This document shows positions 6,558 through 16,509 of a DNA stretch of 64,000 nucleotides, one piece after another (the first letter of the stretch is position 1; each line of letters starts with the position of its first letter). This DNA comes from an uncultured Candidatus Saccharibacteria bacterium (GTDB lineage Bacteria; Patescibacteriota; Minisyncoccia; Phycocordibacterales; Phycocordibacteraceae): positions 70,197 to 134,196 of the forward strand of contig CAZMTN010000002.1 of assembly GCA_964569655.1 (NCBI GenBank). The letters are read 5' to 3'. Position numbers and translations under genes: made by a program. A model generated the notes under the pieces. The model did not search any database. It saw only the letters and a program-made list of their open reading frames with translations, and had not been told where the DNA came from.

Positions 6558-8087
6558 CTAGCGAGCGAACTCTACCACGCGGTTCTCGCGGATCATGTTC
6601 ACCTTGATCTCGCCCGGATACTTGAGCTCGTCCTGGATGCGCTCCGCGATCTCGCGGGCCATCTTGTGCATGGCGAGGTCCGAGACCTTGCCCGGATTGA
6701 TGAACACGCGGATCTCGCGGCCCGCCTGGATGGCGTACGCCTTCTCGACGCCCTCGAAGGAGGACGCGATGCGTTCGAGGTCCGAGAGGCGCTCGAGGTA
6801 GCGCTCGACGGTGTCGCGGCGCGCGCCCGGGCGTCCGCCTGAGATAGCGTCCGCGGTCTGCACGATGACCGACTCCGGCGTCTCGTACGGGTATTCCTCG
6901 TGATGGGACTGCATCGCGTGGATGACGCGGACATCGATGCCGAACTTCTCGAGGATGCGGCGGCCGATCTCCACGTGGGTTCCGGATACTTCATGATCCA
7001 CGGCCTTGCCGATGTCATGGAGGAGGGCGCCGGCGCGGGCGACGTCCGCATCCGCGCCGAGCTCGGTCGCGAGCATGCCGGCGATGTGCGCCATCTCCAC
7101 CGAATGCTGGAGCACGTTCTGGCCGTAGCTGGTACGGAAATTGAGGCGGCCGAGGAGCGCGATGAGCTTCGGGTCGAGCCCGACGACCCCCGCCTCGTAG
7201 CAGGCTTCTTCGCCCTTCTGCTTGATGAGGTCGTTCATCTCCTTCTTCGTCTTCTCGATGATCTCCTCGATCTTTGCCGGCTGGATGCGGCCGTCCGCGA
7301 TGAGCTTCTCGAGCGCTACCTTCGCCACATGGCGGCGCAGCGGATCGAAGGAGGAGAGAGTGATCTTGTCCGGGACGTCGTCGATGAGGACGTCGACGCC
7401 CGTCGCGCGCTCGAAGGCCTTGATGTTGCGGCCTTCCTTTCCGATGATCTTTCCTTTGACCTCTTCGGACGGGATGGTAACCGAGAGGGTAGTGACCTCC
7501 GCGTTCACCGCGTTCCCGAGGCGATGGATGACGGCGGTCAGGATATTGCGGGCCTTCTCCTCGAAGCGCTCGCGGCCGGTAGCCTCGAGCTTCTGGATGC
7601 GGGTGAGGATGGCTTCCTCATGCGCCTTCTCGATGTCCTGCATGAGCGCGTCCTTTGCAGCAGCCTCTGAGAGACGGCCTACCTTCGCAAGCTCCGCGCG
7701 GCGTTCCTTCGCGAGCTCCTCGGCTTCCTTCTTCATGCGGCCGGCCTCGTTCTCCCGGGCCTTTACATCATCCCCGCGCTGCACGAGGCTGCGCTCGCGC
7801 TCGTCGAGGAATTCCTCCTTCTTCGCGAGGCGCTCTTCGAGCTTCCCGAGCTTCTCTACGCGCTCTTCGATAGGGGCAAGCTGCTCCGCCTCGATCTCTT
7901 CCGCCTTAGCCTGCGCCTCCTGGAGGAGCTTGTTCGCGCGCTCCTTCGCCTCGAGCATCTTCTGCTTGATCTCGATTTCCAAAGACCCGCGCTGGCCGAG
8001 CGCGATAAGAAGACGGAGCACGTATCCGAGCGCGATGCCGGCAACGCCGGACACCGCAAGCAAGATGAGTACCAGTTTGATTGACAT
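6558..8087 (-). CDS. rny: Ribonuclease Y
   Basis: N-terminal transmembrane segment, coiled coil, KH domain (IGKEGRNIKAFERATGV) and HD domain (LLHDIGKAVDHE...H). The overall architecture is that of RNase Y. Confidence 0.9.
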   Translation of the reverse strand: MSIKLVLILLAVSGVAGIALGYVLRLLIALGQRGSLEIEIKQKMLEAKERANKLLQEAQAKAEEIEAEQLAPIEERVEKLGKLEERLAKKEEFLDERERSLVQRGDDVKARENEAGRMKKEAEELAKERRAELAKVGRLSEAAAKDALMQDIEKAHEEAILTRIQKLEATGRERFEEKARNILTAVIHRLGNAVNAEVTTLSVTIPSEEVKGKIIGKEGRNIKAFERATGVDVLIDDVPDKITLSSFDPLRRHVAKVALEKLIADGRIQPAKIEEIIEKTKKEMNDLIKQKGEEACYEAGVVGLDPKLIALLGRLNFRTSYGQNVLQHSVEMAHIAGMLATELGADADVARAGALLHDIGKAVDHEVSGTHVEIGRRILEKFGIDVRVIHAMQSHHEEYPYETPESVIVQTADAISGGRPGARRDTVERYLERLSDLERIASSFEGVEKAYAIQAGREIRVFINPGKVSDLAMHKMAREIAERIQDELKYPGEIKVNMIRENRVVEFAR

Positions 8088-8233
8088 AGGCGGGTTTAGT
8101 AATAAACCCGCTCTCCCAAGGCACGGAATTTCAGAATATCGAAGTTCGGAAGGGAAGAGCGGAAGGCGGAAAGTCCTGTCGGGCAGCCGTTACTGAATAC
8201 GCTGACTTTATCACTTCTCACCGCTTTTTTCCA

Positions 8234-8262
8234 TTGACACTGATCTGTTTTTTATAGTATAA
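8234..8262 (+). promoter_or_regulatory. Putative promoter (TTGACA ... TATAGT/TATAAA region)
   Basis: A TTGACA hexamer is followed at 15-18 nt by AT-rich -10 candidates. It lies upstream of a small ORF. Confidence 0.3.
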
Positions 8263-8328
8263 ATTCCATAGACGAATTGCTCCCACGACCGCAGGGTGAT
8301 GCGGCCTGTTCCCTTCAGGGAGGAACGG

Positions 8329-8523
8329 ATGCGAACTTCGCTTAAGCTCGTCTACGCACTGCTGATGGCTATCATGCCTCCAATGAAAAAACAAAAGGAC
8401 TTCATTGTGGTGTTGGTGACCATCGCCCTCGTACTTCCGCTCGTAACCATTGCGATCGTCACGACACTTCCGTGCGGAACGTCAGGACAGCAAGCGTGCC
8501 AAGAACAGACCGTCGCCCGCTGA
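8329..8523 (+). CDS. Small hypothetical membrane protein (64 aa)
   Basis: GGGAGG lies 5 nt upstream of the ATG. There is one hydrophobic helix (FIVVLVTIALVLPLVTIAIV), and the gene is followed by a terminator. Confidence 0.3.
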   Translation: MRTSLKLVYALLMAIMPPMKKQKDFIVVLVTIALVLPLVTIAIVTTLPCGTSGQQACQEQTVAR

Positions 8524-8529
8524 AATGCA

Positions 8530-8568
8530 AAAGGCGCCCGAGACAACCCGGGCGCCTTTTTTCTTTTG
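8530..8568. terminator. Bidirectional intrinsic terminator (clpP 3' end)
   Basis: AAAGGCGCCCG-AGACAAC-CGGGCGCCTTTTTTCTTTTG, with a T-tract on both strands. Confidence 0.6.
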
Positions 8569-8573
8569 TCTGC

Positions 8574-9164
8574 TTATTTCGCCTTGAACACCTGATCGAT
8601 GAGGCCGTACTTCTTGGCTTCCTCTGAGGTCATGAAGTAGTCGCGCTCGACATCCTTCTCGATGCGGTCGAGCGGCTGGCCGGTCGCCTTCGAGAGGATC
8701 TTGTTGAGGCGGTCGCGCGTCGCGAGGATGTGCTTCGCGGTGATCTCGATGTCGGTCGCCTGGCCCTGCGCGCCGCCCCAGGGCTGGTGGATCATGACTT
8801 CCGCGTTCGGGAGCGCGTAGCGCTTTCCTTTGGCGCCCGAAGCGAGGATGACCGCCGCCGCAGATGCCGCCATGCCCACGCAGACGGTGGAGACGTCCGG
8901 CTTGATGTGGTTCATCGCGTCGAGGATGGCGAGGCCGGCCGTGACGGAGCCTCCCGGGGAGTTCACGTAGAGGGAGATGTCCTTCTTCGGATCCTCCGCC
9001 TCGAGGAAGAGGAGTTGCGCGATGACGAGGTTCGCGGTGTCATCATCGACGCCGCCGGTGAGGAACACGATGCGCTCCTTGAGGAGGCGGGAGTAGATGT
9101 CGTACGCGCGCTCGCCGAACTGCGACTTCTCGACCACCATCGGGATAAGCATAGAGTTTTTCAT
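8574..9164 (-). CDS. clpP: ATP-dependent Clp protease proteolytic subunit
   Basis: [23 protein letters not shown]...[10 protein letters not shown]...[11 protein letters not shown]...MIHQP carries the ClpP Ser-His-Asp triad context. The start is at MKNSM. Confidence 0.9.
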   Translation of the reverse strand: MKNSMLIPMVVEKSQFGERAYDIYSRLLKERIVFLTGGVDDDTANLVIAQLLFLEAEDPKKDISLYVNSPGGSVTAGLAILDAMNHIKPDVSTVCVGMAASAAAVILASGAKGKRYALPNAEVMIHQPWGGAQGQATDIEITAKHILATRDRLNKILSKATGQPLDRIEKDVERDYFMTSEEAKKYGLIDQVFKAK

Positions 9165-9214
9165 ATATGAATAAGGTAGGGCCATCGTATCCCAAACGGG
9201 GAAGGGGCGCAAAA

Positions 9215-9523
9215 CTACGGCGTCGTGGTGGCAGTCACGCCCGGGACCTCGTTTATGACCGGCGGGACGTTGTTCTTCTCGATGCGCTCGCCCCAGGAAT
9301 AGAAGGCGCCGACGACCACGATCGCGAGGATGATGATGATAGAGATGAGCGCCCCGTACGAAGCGTTCTTCTTACCGAGCTCGTGCTGCGGAGGGAGGGC
9401 GAAGTCGTGCACTTGGGGAAGGGCGGTGGGGGGCGCTACGGGAGGAGCCGGCGGCACGTAGGCCTCGGTTCCGACCGGCACGCTACTGTCTCCTGCTGAG
9501 GGCGTCGAAGATGCGGTATCCAT
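9215..9523 (-). CDS. Hypothetical single-pass membrane protein with a proline-rich N-terminus
   Basis: Transmembrane helix [17 protein letters not shown]. Co-oriented with clpP. Confidence 0.4.
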   Translation of the reverse strand: MDTASSTPSAGDSSVPVGTEAYVPPAPPVAPPTALPQVHDFALPPQHELGKKNASYGALISIIIILAIVVVGAFYSWGERIEKNNVPPVINEVPGVTATTTP

Positions 9524-9547
9524 ATATAGGGAGTATATCAAACGAAA

Positions 9548-9576
9548 AGGCCCCGCTCTCGCGGGGCCTTTCCTTA
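9548..9576 (-). terminator. Intrinsic terminator downstream of ppa
   Basis: The hairpin AAAGGCCCCGC-TCTC-GCGGGGCCTTT is followed by T-rich sequence on the minus strand. Confidence 0.5.
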
Positions 9577-9580
9577 GGTA

Positions 9581-10105
9581 TTATTTCTTCTCTTCGTACG
9601 CTTTCCGCGCCTTCTCGAAGGCAGCGATAGCGTCGGCTTTGCCCTTGAAGCCGTGGACGGTCACCTCGTTCTCCTTGCCCTTCAGCGCCTTGTAGGTCTC
9701 GAAGAAATGCTGGATCTCCTTGAGGGTGTGCTGATTGAGGTCCTTCAAGTCCTGGACGTCGTTCCAGCGCTTGTCGTTCACCGGCACGCCGATGACCTTG
9801 TGGTCGCTCTCGCCGGAATCGGTCATCTCCATGATGCCGACCGGACGCACCTCGACGAGGATGCCGGACGGTACCGGGAAGGTAGCGAGGACGATCACGT
9901 CGAGCGCATCGCCGTCATCCCAGAGCGTCTGCGGCACGAAGCCGTATTCGCACGGGTAGGCGGCTGCGGAGAAATTGGCGCGGTCGAGCTTGATGAGGCC
10001 CGTGTCCTTGTCGATCTCGTACTTATTCGAGGATCCCTTCGGGATCTCGACGATCACGTTCATCTCTTCTGCTGAACCTGCGGGTACGTCGTGAAGTAGA
10101 TTCAT
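9581..10105 (-). CDS. ppa: Inorganic pyrophosphatase (family I)
   Basis: EIPKGSSNKYEID, DGDALDVIVL and the ppa fold motifs are present. Confidence 0.9.
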   Translation of the reverse strand: MNLLHDVPAGSAEEMNVIVEIPKGSSNKYEIDKDTGLIKLDRANFSAAAYPCEYGFVPQTLWDDGDALDVIVLATFPVPSGILVEVRPVGIMEMTDSGESDHKVIGVPVNDKRWNDVQDLKDLNQHTLKEIQHFFETYKALKGKENEVTVHGFKGKADAIAAFEKARKAYEEKK

Positions 10106-10120
10106 ATGCCTACTAGAGTA

Positions 10121-11530
10121 CTACGCCTCCTCCTTGATCTCCCCAGCGTCGGTGTCGCGGTTCTCGCGCTCATCCGCGACGGAAGCGTTCTCGGTCTTGG
10201 TGAGCTCCTCTTCCGCAGTCTTCGCGGATGACTCCTCAGCCTCGGTGACGACCTCCTCCGCTTCGGTCGGTGACACGCCTGCCTCTTCTGCCGGATCGGC
10301 AGCGTCGAGAGATGCTTCCGCTGCCTCGATCGCTTCGCTTGCAGCCTCGACGCGCGCGGCGCTCGAAGGCACGTCAGCTTCAGCGACCTCGGTGCCGCCG
10401 ACGGATACGATGTCGATGTTCCAGCCGGTGAGCTTCGCAGCAAGGCGGACGTTCTGTCCGCCGCGGCCGATGGCGAGCGACTGCTGGTCATCCGATACCT
10501 TCACTTCGGCGCGGTGATTCTCCTCGTCGAGGGTGATGTCGAGGACGGTGGCAGGGGAGAGAGCCTCCTTGATGAACGCCGCAGTGTCTTCCGACCACTC
10601 GATGATGTCGATGCGCTCGCCGCCGAGGGCCGCCATGACGGTAGAGACGCGCACGCCGCGCTGACCGACAAGCGAACCTACCGGGTCGACGTGAGAGTCG
10701 ACGGACGCGACCGCGATCTTGGTGCGGCTGCCCGGCTCGCGGGCAACGCCCTTCACTTCAATGGCTCCAGAGGCAAGCTCCGGAACCTCCATCTCGAAGA
10801 GCTGGATCAGGAAGCGCGGGTGGGAGCGGGAAAGGCGGAGGTATACGCCGCGGAATCCTTCATCCACCGCGTAGAGGTACGCGCGGATGCGCTCTCCGGG
10901 ACGGTAGCGCTCTCCGGGGATCTGCTCCTCGTACGGGATGATGCCCGTCGCGCGGCCGAGGTCGATGAACAGCGCGCCGCGCTCCATGCGCTGCACGATG
11001 CCCGATACGATCTCGCCCTTCTTGTGGCCGAATTCCTCGAGGATGGAGAGCTTCTCCGCCTCGCGGATCTTCTGGATCACCACCTGCTTCGCGGTCTGCG
11101 CGGCGATACGGCCGAAATCCTCCTGGGGCTCGAGCGGGAAGACGATCTCCTCGCCGACCTCCGCGGTGCGCTTGATGCGCTTCGCGTCCTCGACGAGCAT
11201 GTGCTTCTCCGCGTCATAGCGGGGAAGCTCGCCCTCGGCAAGCTCTACCTCGTGATGGCGGCCGTGGCCGTGCTCCGGCTCGGGCGCGAACTCCTCTCCT
11301 TCTTCAGGGAAACGGACCATGGTCCCGTCCACGACGGTCTTCACCTGCTCGAAGGACACGGTACCCGTGTTCATGTCGAGCTTCGCCCGCACGATCTGTC
11401 CGCGCTTGCCGTATTCCTTCTTGTACGCGGTGGCCATCGCGTTCTCGATCGCGTCGACCATCACTTCCTTCGTGATGCCGCGCTCCTGGAATTCGCCGAG
11501 CACCGAGTTGATTGTTTTGAGATCCAACAT
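10121..11530 (-). CDS. nusA: Transcription termination/antitermination factor NusA with a long acidic C-terminal tail
   Basis: NusA N-terminal domain, S1 domain and two KH domains (IGRGGQNVRLAAKLTGWNIDI), followed by an E/A-rich tail. Confidence 0.9.
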   Translation of the reverse strand: MLDLKTINSVLGEFQERGITKEVMVDAIENAMATAYKKEYGKRGQIVRAKLDMNTGTVSFEQVKTVVDGTMVRFPEEGEEFAPEPEHGHGRHHEVELAEGELPRYDAEKHMLVEDAKRIKRTAEVGEEIVFPLEPQEDFGRIAAQTAKQVVIQKIREAEKLSILEEFGHKKGEIVSGIVQRMERGALFIDLGRATGIIPYEEQIPGERYRPGERIRAYLYAVDEGFRGVYLRLSRSHPRFLIQLFEMEVPELASGAIEVKGVAREPGSRTKIAVASVDSHVDPVGSLVGQRGVRVSTVMAALGGERIDIIEWSEDTAAFIKEALSPATVLDITLDEENHRAEVKVSDDQQSLAIGRGGQNVRLAAKLTGWNIDIVSVGGTEVAEADVPSSAARVEAASEAIEAAEASLDAADPAEEAGVSPTEAEEVVTEAEESSAKTAEEELTKTENASVADERENRDTDAGEIKEEA

Positions 11531-11748
11531 ACTTCCGTTATTTAGTTGTACGCACGTATTAAATTGGCTTCCTAAAAAGAAATGCCCGCGGCGCGGACAT
11601 TTCAGGTACCAATAGGATACCTCTGTTGGAGGGGAAAGTCAATGTATCCCCAGGGTTTGCGCGGCACCGTGCATGGGATAAGGTGGCCCCGGAGCCGACC
11701 CTATCGGCACTCGCGAAAGCGCCCCTGAACCTTAGAAAGGAATAGCCC

Positions 11749-12486
11749 ATGAAGAACCTCATCATCCCGCGGCCAGGGGATAGCCTCCTGGACCTCAGCA
11801 AACGTTGCGACGCCCTGTATATCTGCCCAAAGGAGGGCGACAGACGCCTTGGTCTACTGGTCCCGTATGCAGGAAAGGACAAGAAGGACCGGAACCTCGT
11901 CGGTGACTTCTACTTCAACTTCCGCAGGATCGAACGGCAGCCGCTGGTGGTCGAAGCGTTCGCCGTGGCTGCCTTCAAGAAGCTCGGCAGTCTGATCGAA
12001 ACCTTCGATACCGTCTGCGGCATACCGAACGGCGGCAGGTCGTTCGGCCAGACGTTCGCGCGCATCGCCGGCAAGCAGTTCGTGTATCCGGAGAAGAAAG
12101 CGATACCCACCGAGCCGGGCAAGAAGCAGGAATACGAATGGGACCTCAGCCAATTCGATTTCGACAAGAACGAGCGTGTGGCGGTAGCGGAAGACGTCTT
12201 CAACAACTTCCAGAACACCGACAGCACGCTGGAGCAGGTCGCAAGGACCGGCGCCAAAGTCACGCTCCTGGTCGGCGCGCTCAACCGCTCGCCGACGTAC
12301 GAGATGACCTACACGCCGAAAAAGGGCCTGCTCGCGGGAACGGCGCTGCCTATCGTCGCTTCCATCCGCGAAGCTTACCCGGAGTACACCCAGGACGATC
12401 CTGCCGTCGCGGCCGATGTCGCGGCCGGCAATATCGAGTGGGAAGTGAAGAAGAACTGGGCGCGCTTGTGCGCCCTCATGCAATAG
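11749..12486 (+). CDS. Type I phosphoribosyltransferase-fold protein; divergent PyrE-like (orotate phosphoribosyltransferase-like)
   Basis: GIPNGGRSFGQTFA...PEKK resembles OPRTase, but the PRPP loop is degenerate (VAVAEDVFNNFQNT). It lies immediately upstream of pyrF. Confidence 0.45.
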   Translation: MKNLIIPRPGDSLLDLSKRCDALYICPKEGDRRLGLLVPYAGKDKKDRNLVGDFYFNFRRIERQPLVVEAFAVAAFKKLGSLIETFDTVCGIPNGGRSFGQTFARIAGKQFVYPEKKAIPTEPGKKQEYEWDLSQFDFDKNERVAVAEDVFNNFQNTDSTLEQVARTGAKVTLLVGALNRSPTYEMTYTPKKGLLAGTALPIVASIREAYPEYTQDDPAVAADVAAGNIEWEVKKNWARLCALMQ

Positions 12487-12501
12487 CAAGGAGAAGGAAG
12501 C

Positions 12502-13239
12502 ATGCGAAAAGCACTCACGCCGGCGAAACGCCTCATCGTTGCCGCCGATTTCAAGCCAGGATTCGGACAGGGGAGGGACTGGGTCCGAGGCCAGGTCCTC
12601 TCTCTTGCCGAGGAGCTTCACGGGACGGGGGTCTACCTCAAAGTGAACTCCGCCTTGCGCGCCTGCGGATACGGTCTCATCCCCGAGATCCATGCGAGGG
12701 ACTTGAAGGTCTTCGCGGACCTGAAGCTCTATGACATCGGCGAGACGCTATCCACGGACGGCGTCCTGCTGAAGGAAGCGAGGCCCGAACTGCTCACCAC
12801 GGTGTGCAGCGCTGGCGTCGTCGCCCTGAAGTACCTCAAGGAGGAACTGCCGAGTACGGAAGTGCTCGGCGTCACGGTCCTCACGAGCCTGAATGACGAG
12901 GACGCCCAAGCGATGTTCACCTGCTCGACCGAGGAGGCCGTGATGCGGCTCGCCGATGTCGCAAAGGATGCCGGCATCGACGGGCTCATCTCGTCCGGAA
13001 GGGAGCTGGCAGTGCTCCGACCGAAGTTCGGCGAGCTGTTCACGTACAACACGCCGGCCATCAGGCCGACGTGGGCCATCGTTCCGGGAGACGACCAGAA
13101 CCCGGAACGCATCATGACGCCCGCGAAGGCGATCAAAGCCGGAGCGGACCGTATCGTCGTAGGTCGGCCGATCACGAAGGCCGCCAACCGCCGAGAAGCC
13201 GTCATGCGTACCATCGAAGAGATCGCTTCGGTCATGTAA
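12502..13239 (+). CDS. pyrF: Orotidine 5'-phosphate decarboxylase
   Basis: LIVAADF, DLKLYDIGET and GADRIVVGRPITKA match the OMP decarboxylase signature residues. Confidence 0.85.
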   Translation: MRKALTPAKRLIVAADFKPGFGQGRDWVRGQVLSLAEELHGTGVYLKVNSALRACGYGLIPEIHARDLKVFADLKLYDIGETLSTDGVLLKEARPELLTTVCSAGVVALKYLKEELPSTEVLGVTVLTSLNDEDAQAMFTCSTEEAVMRLADVAKDAGIDGLISSGRELAVLRPKFGELFTYNTPAIRPTWAIVPGDDQNPERIMTPAKAIKAGADRIVVGRPITKAANRREAVMRTIEEIASVM

Positions 13240-13242
13240 CCG

Positions 13243-13330
13243 AAGCAGCAGCCCCCGCACCTAACCAGTGCGAGGGCTGTTTTTTATACAAAAAAGGCGG
13301 CAAGGATAACTCCTCGCCGCCCGTATGCTT
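13243..13330. terminator. Two back-to-back intrinsic terminators between convergent pyrF and the suhB-like gene
   Basis: CAGCCCCCGCAC...TGCGAGGGCTG + TTTTTT on the plus strand, and GGCGGCAAGG-ATAACT-CCTCGCCGCC + T-tract on the minus strand. Confidence 0.5.
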
Positions 13331-14146
13331 TTATGTGCGCCGGTTGAGGACGCTCAGGAGAGTGCTGTGCACGCCCGGAGCGCCGAACACGTGGCCGAAC
13401 ACGTTCTTCTTGCTGTAGTCGAGAGGCTTGCCTGCGAGGTCGGTGGCGATGCCGCCGGCTTCGCGGACGAGGAGATCCCCGGCGATGGTGTCGTGATGGA
13501 GCCCGCCCGGGAAGATGGACCCGCAGAACTCGCCGGACGCGACGCGAGCGTCGAAGTAGCCGATAGAGCCTAGCTGATAAATCCGGTAGCCCTGGTCCTG
13601 AAGGTACTTGCCGACGCCGCCCGGGCCGAGATACATGTTCTCGACCAGGTTCGGGTTCTTCTCGCGATCCGGCCACGACGAGATGGCGACGGCTTTCCGA
13701 TGCGGCGGCGCTTGCTGCACCGAGAGCTTCTTTCCATCCCGGTATGCGCCCTTGCCCTTAGCGGCGAGGAACGGCTTGCCGCTGCCAGGATCGCTTATCG
13801 CCGCGAGCACCGGCTCGTGCCGGACCTCGAGCGCGAACATGGAAGCGAAGACCGGGACGCGGAGCAGGAACGCTCCGGACCCGTCCATCTCGTCCATTCG
13901 GATCTTCGGTAGGTCGGGGTCGTCGCAGTCCCCGATGCACCCTTCTTCCCCGATGATGGGGATCTCCGGGAAGCGCCCCTGGAAATACGCGACCGCGTAG
14001 TGATGGACGGCCTTGTCCGCACTGGTCACGGGCGATCCGTCCTCTTTCCATTCGGTCACCGCATCTTCTGCTTCGTAATGCGTCCGCGTGATTCTTCCTG
14101 CAGTAATCGCTACTTCTTCGAAATCGTCTATCGTGGGAATCTTCAT
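13331..14146 (-). CDS. Inositol monophosphatase family protein (SuhB/CysQ-like)
   Basis: DEMDGSG (the DPIDGT-type motif) and HHDTIAGDLLVREAGG (the WDxAAG-type motif). The start is placed at MKIPT, which has a GAAGGAAGG RBS. Confidence 0.8.
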   Translation of the reverse strand: MKIPTIDDFEEVAITAGRITRTHYEAEDAVTEWKEDGSPVTSADKAVHHYAVAYFQGRFPEIPIIGEEGCIGDCDDPDLPKIRMDEMDGSGAFLLRVPVFASMFALEVRHEPVLAAISDPGSGKPFLAAKGKGAYRDGKKLSVQQAPPHRKAVAISSWPDREKNPNLVENMYLGPGGVGKYLQDQGYRIYQLGSIGYFDARVASGEFCGSIFPGGLHHDTIAGDLLVREAGGIATDLAGKPLDYSKKNVFGHVFGAPGVHSTLLSVLNRRT

Positions 14147-14294
14147 GCCCTGTCCCGCCTTCCTTCTATATGTGCTTTGAACAACGTACACCCTATAGAG
14201 GTTATACGTTTCCAATCATGAACGCTTGATGAGGGGCTGTTTTCCCCGCGTCTATCCGGGAAGAGCATACGCGCACGCTATACTTAGGTAAAAC

Positions 14295-16046
14295 ATGCAG
14301 GTCTCCGAGTCAGAACTGAAAGAATTCATCCTCGATTCGGGACTGGTGTCCCGGAAGGAGGTCGAGGACGCCGCAGCGAAGGCCGCGGAAGGGAAGCAGT
14401 CAGTAGGCGACGTGCTCGTATCCAACGGCCAGCTCACGGCTGATGCTTTGCGCCGCATCAAGGCATACGTGCTCGGCATCCCGTACGTGAACCTGAAGGA
14501 CCGGAAGATCCCGCTCGACGTGCTCTCCATGATCCCGGAGCCGATCGCGCGCACGCACTCCATCATCGCGTTCAAGAAGACCGAGACCGAGCTCGAGGTC
14601 GCGATGCTCGATACCGAGGACCTGCCCGCGATCGACTCGGTGCGCAAGAAGACCGGCCTCAAGATCCTCCCGCGCCTCACCGATGACGCGTCCGTCAAGG
14701 AGGGGCTCATCCAATACCAGAAGTCGCTGAAAGAGGAGTTCGGCGATCTCATCTCGACCGAAGCCGGGAAGCTGAACCTCGTGAAGGACACAGACGGGGA
14801 AGAGGTGTCCGGCGACGAGCTCAAGAAGATGGCGGAGGACCTGCCGATCGTGCGCATCGTGGACACGCTGCTCCGCCACGCCATCATCCAGAAGGCGTCC
14901 GACATCCACATCGAGACCATGGAGACGGAAGTGGTGGTGCGCTACCGCATCGACGGCGTGCTCCACGACGCCATGACGCTCCCGCGCGCGGCGTCTGCCG
15001 GCATCATCGCCCGCATCAAGGTGCTTTCCTCCTTGAAGCTCGACGAGAAGCGCCTCCCGCAGGACGGGCGCTTCAAGATGGAGACCGAGACCGACAAGGT
15101 CTCCTTCCGCGTGTCGCTCTTGCCGACCTACTACGGCGAGAAGGTGGTCATGCGCCTCCTTCGCGAGAGCGGGGAAGGGTTCACGCTTGACGCCTTGGGC
15201 TTCCACGGCGAATCCCGGGAGCGCATCCACGACGCCACCCGCCAGACCACGGGCCTCATCCTCATCTCCGGCCCTACCGGTTCCGGTAAGACGACGACGC
15301 TCTACACCGTGCTCGATATCCTGAACACGCCGGACGTGAACATCTCCACCATCGAGGACCCGATCGAGTACCAGATGAAGCGCGTGAACCAGACGCAGGT
15401 GAATCCCGCGATCGGCTTCTCGTTCGTGAACGGCCTGCGCGCCCTCGTGCGCCAGGACCCGGACATCATCATGGTGGGAGAGATCCGCGACGGCGAGACA
15501 GCATCGCTCGCGATCAACGCGGCGCTCACCGGCCACTTGGTGCTCTCCACCATCCATACGAATTCCGCCGCCGGCGCCATCCCGCGCCTCATGGACATGG
15601 GCGTGGAGCCGTTCCTCCTCGTCTCGACCCTGAAGGTGATCATCGGCCAGCGCCTCGTGCGCCAGCTGTGCCCGGACAAGGAGGCATACACGCTCACGAA
15701 GGAGATGCGCGACAAGGTGATGGCGAGCGATAAGTTCGACGCCGTCATGAAGGCCTTGGTCGACGAGAAGCTGGTGAAGGCGGGCACCTCGCTCGACGAG
15801 CTCCCGTTCTACCGCCCGAAGCCGAACGCGGAATGCGAGGACGGCTACTCGGGACGCATCGGCATCCACGAGGTGCTGAAAGTCTCTTCCGCCCAGCGCG
15901 ACCTCATCCTCAAGGGCGCCACCATGGACCAGATCGAAGAGCAGGCCCGCAAGGAGAAGATGCTCACCATGCTCGAGGACGGCATCTACAAGGCGGCGAA
16001 GGGGACGACCTCCATCGAGGAGGTGCTGCGCGCCGTCACCGAATAA
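14295..16046 (+). CDS. pilB: Type IV pilus assembly ATPase PilB (GspE family)
   Basis: Walker A GPTGSGKTTT, Asp box, His box, and an N-terminal GspE_N-like domain. Confidence 0.9.
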   Translation: MQVSESELKEFILDSGLVSRKEVEDAAAKAAEGKQSVGDVLVSNGQLTADALRRIKAYVLGIPYVNLKDRKIPLDVLSMIPEPIARTHSIIAFKKTETELEVAMLDTEDLPAIDSVRKKTGLKILPRLTDDASVKEGLIQYQKSLKEEFGDLISTEAGKLNLVKDTDGEEVSGDELKKMAEDLPIVRIVDTLLRHAIIQKASDIHIETMETEVVVRYRIDGVLHDAMTLPRAASAGIIARIKVLSSLKLDEKRLPQDGRFKMETETDKVSFRVSLLPTYYGEKVVMRLLRESGEGFTLDALGFHGESRERIHDATRQTTGLILISGPTGSGKTTTLYTVLDILNTPDVNISTIEDPIEYQMKRVNQTQVNPAIGFSFVNGLRALVRQDPDIIMVGEIRDGETASLAINAALTGHLVLSTIHTNSAAGAIPRLMDMGVEPFLLVSTLKVIIGQRLVRQLCPDKEAYTLTKEMRDKVMASDKFDAVMKALVDEKLVKAGTSLDELPFYRPKPNAECEDGYSGRIGIHEVLKVSSAQRDLILKGATMDQIEEQARKEKMLTMLEDGIYKAAKGTTSIEEVLRAVTE

Positions 16047-16109
16047 CCCGGTTGTCTTTATATATAAGAGGAGTAGGGTGAGGCCAGAAGAACCACTTGG
16101 GAGGTACGT

Positions 16110-16445
16110 ATGAAGACGGAGTTACTGCTGTACCCGATCGTTTCGGCCCTGCTCGTGACCGTGGTGAACCTCGCATCCCTCTTGTTCAGCGGCGAACACG
16201 CGACGCTCGAACGTTTCTTCGGGATGGCGGTGCTCTTCGCGGGCATCGGCATCCTGGCCGCGCATCCAGCGGCATTCCTGTTCGCGCTCGTCACCGGCAT
16301 CGTCTTCGTCCTCGGCGTGATCGGCATGATCGGCGGCGGATGGTTCCCGGAGAGCCTGTACCTGTGCGTTCTCGCGCTCCTTGCAAGCGTCATCCTTTTC
16401 GTCGGCAGCATCAAGCGAGAACGGTACCCCTGGATCACTGCCTAG
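16110..16445 (+). CDS. Hypothetical small polytopic membrane protein (111 aa) between pilB and pilC
   Basis: GGGAGG lies 6 nt upstream of the ATG. There are 3-4 hydrophobic helices. The opposite-strand ORF 16058..16438 looks like an artefact. Confidence 0.5.
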   Translation: MKTELLLYPIVSALLVTVVNLASLLFSGEHATLERFFGMAVLFAGIGILAAHPAAFLFALVTGIVFVLGVIGMIGGGWFPESLYLCVLALLASVILFVGSIKRERYPWITA

Positions 16446-16446
16446 C

Positions 16447-16490
16447 GAAGCGCCCCCGTCTCAACACGAGACCGCGGGGCGCTTTTCTTT
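16447..16490 (+). terminator. Intra-operon terminator-like hairpin (possible attenuator) upstream of pilC
   Basis: AGCGCCCCCG-TCTCAACACGAGAC-CGCGGGGCGC followed by TTTTCTTT. Confidence 0.4.
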
Positions 16491-16509
16491 GCATGCTACA
16501 GTTAAACGC

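Noticed and set aside
16058-16438. Minus-strand 126-aa ORF overlapping the small membrane-protein gene between pilB and pilC
   Set aside because: Ser, Arg, Thr and Pro-rich with no hydrophobic logic. The plus-strand ORF has a GGGAGG RBS and fits the operon orientation.
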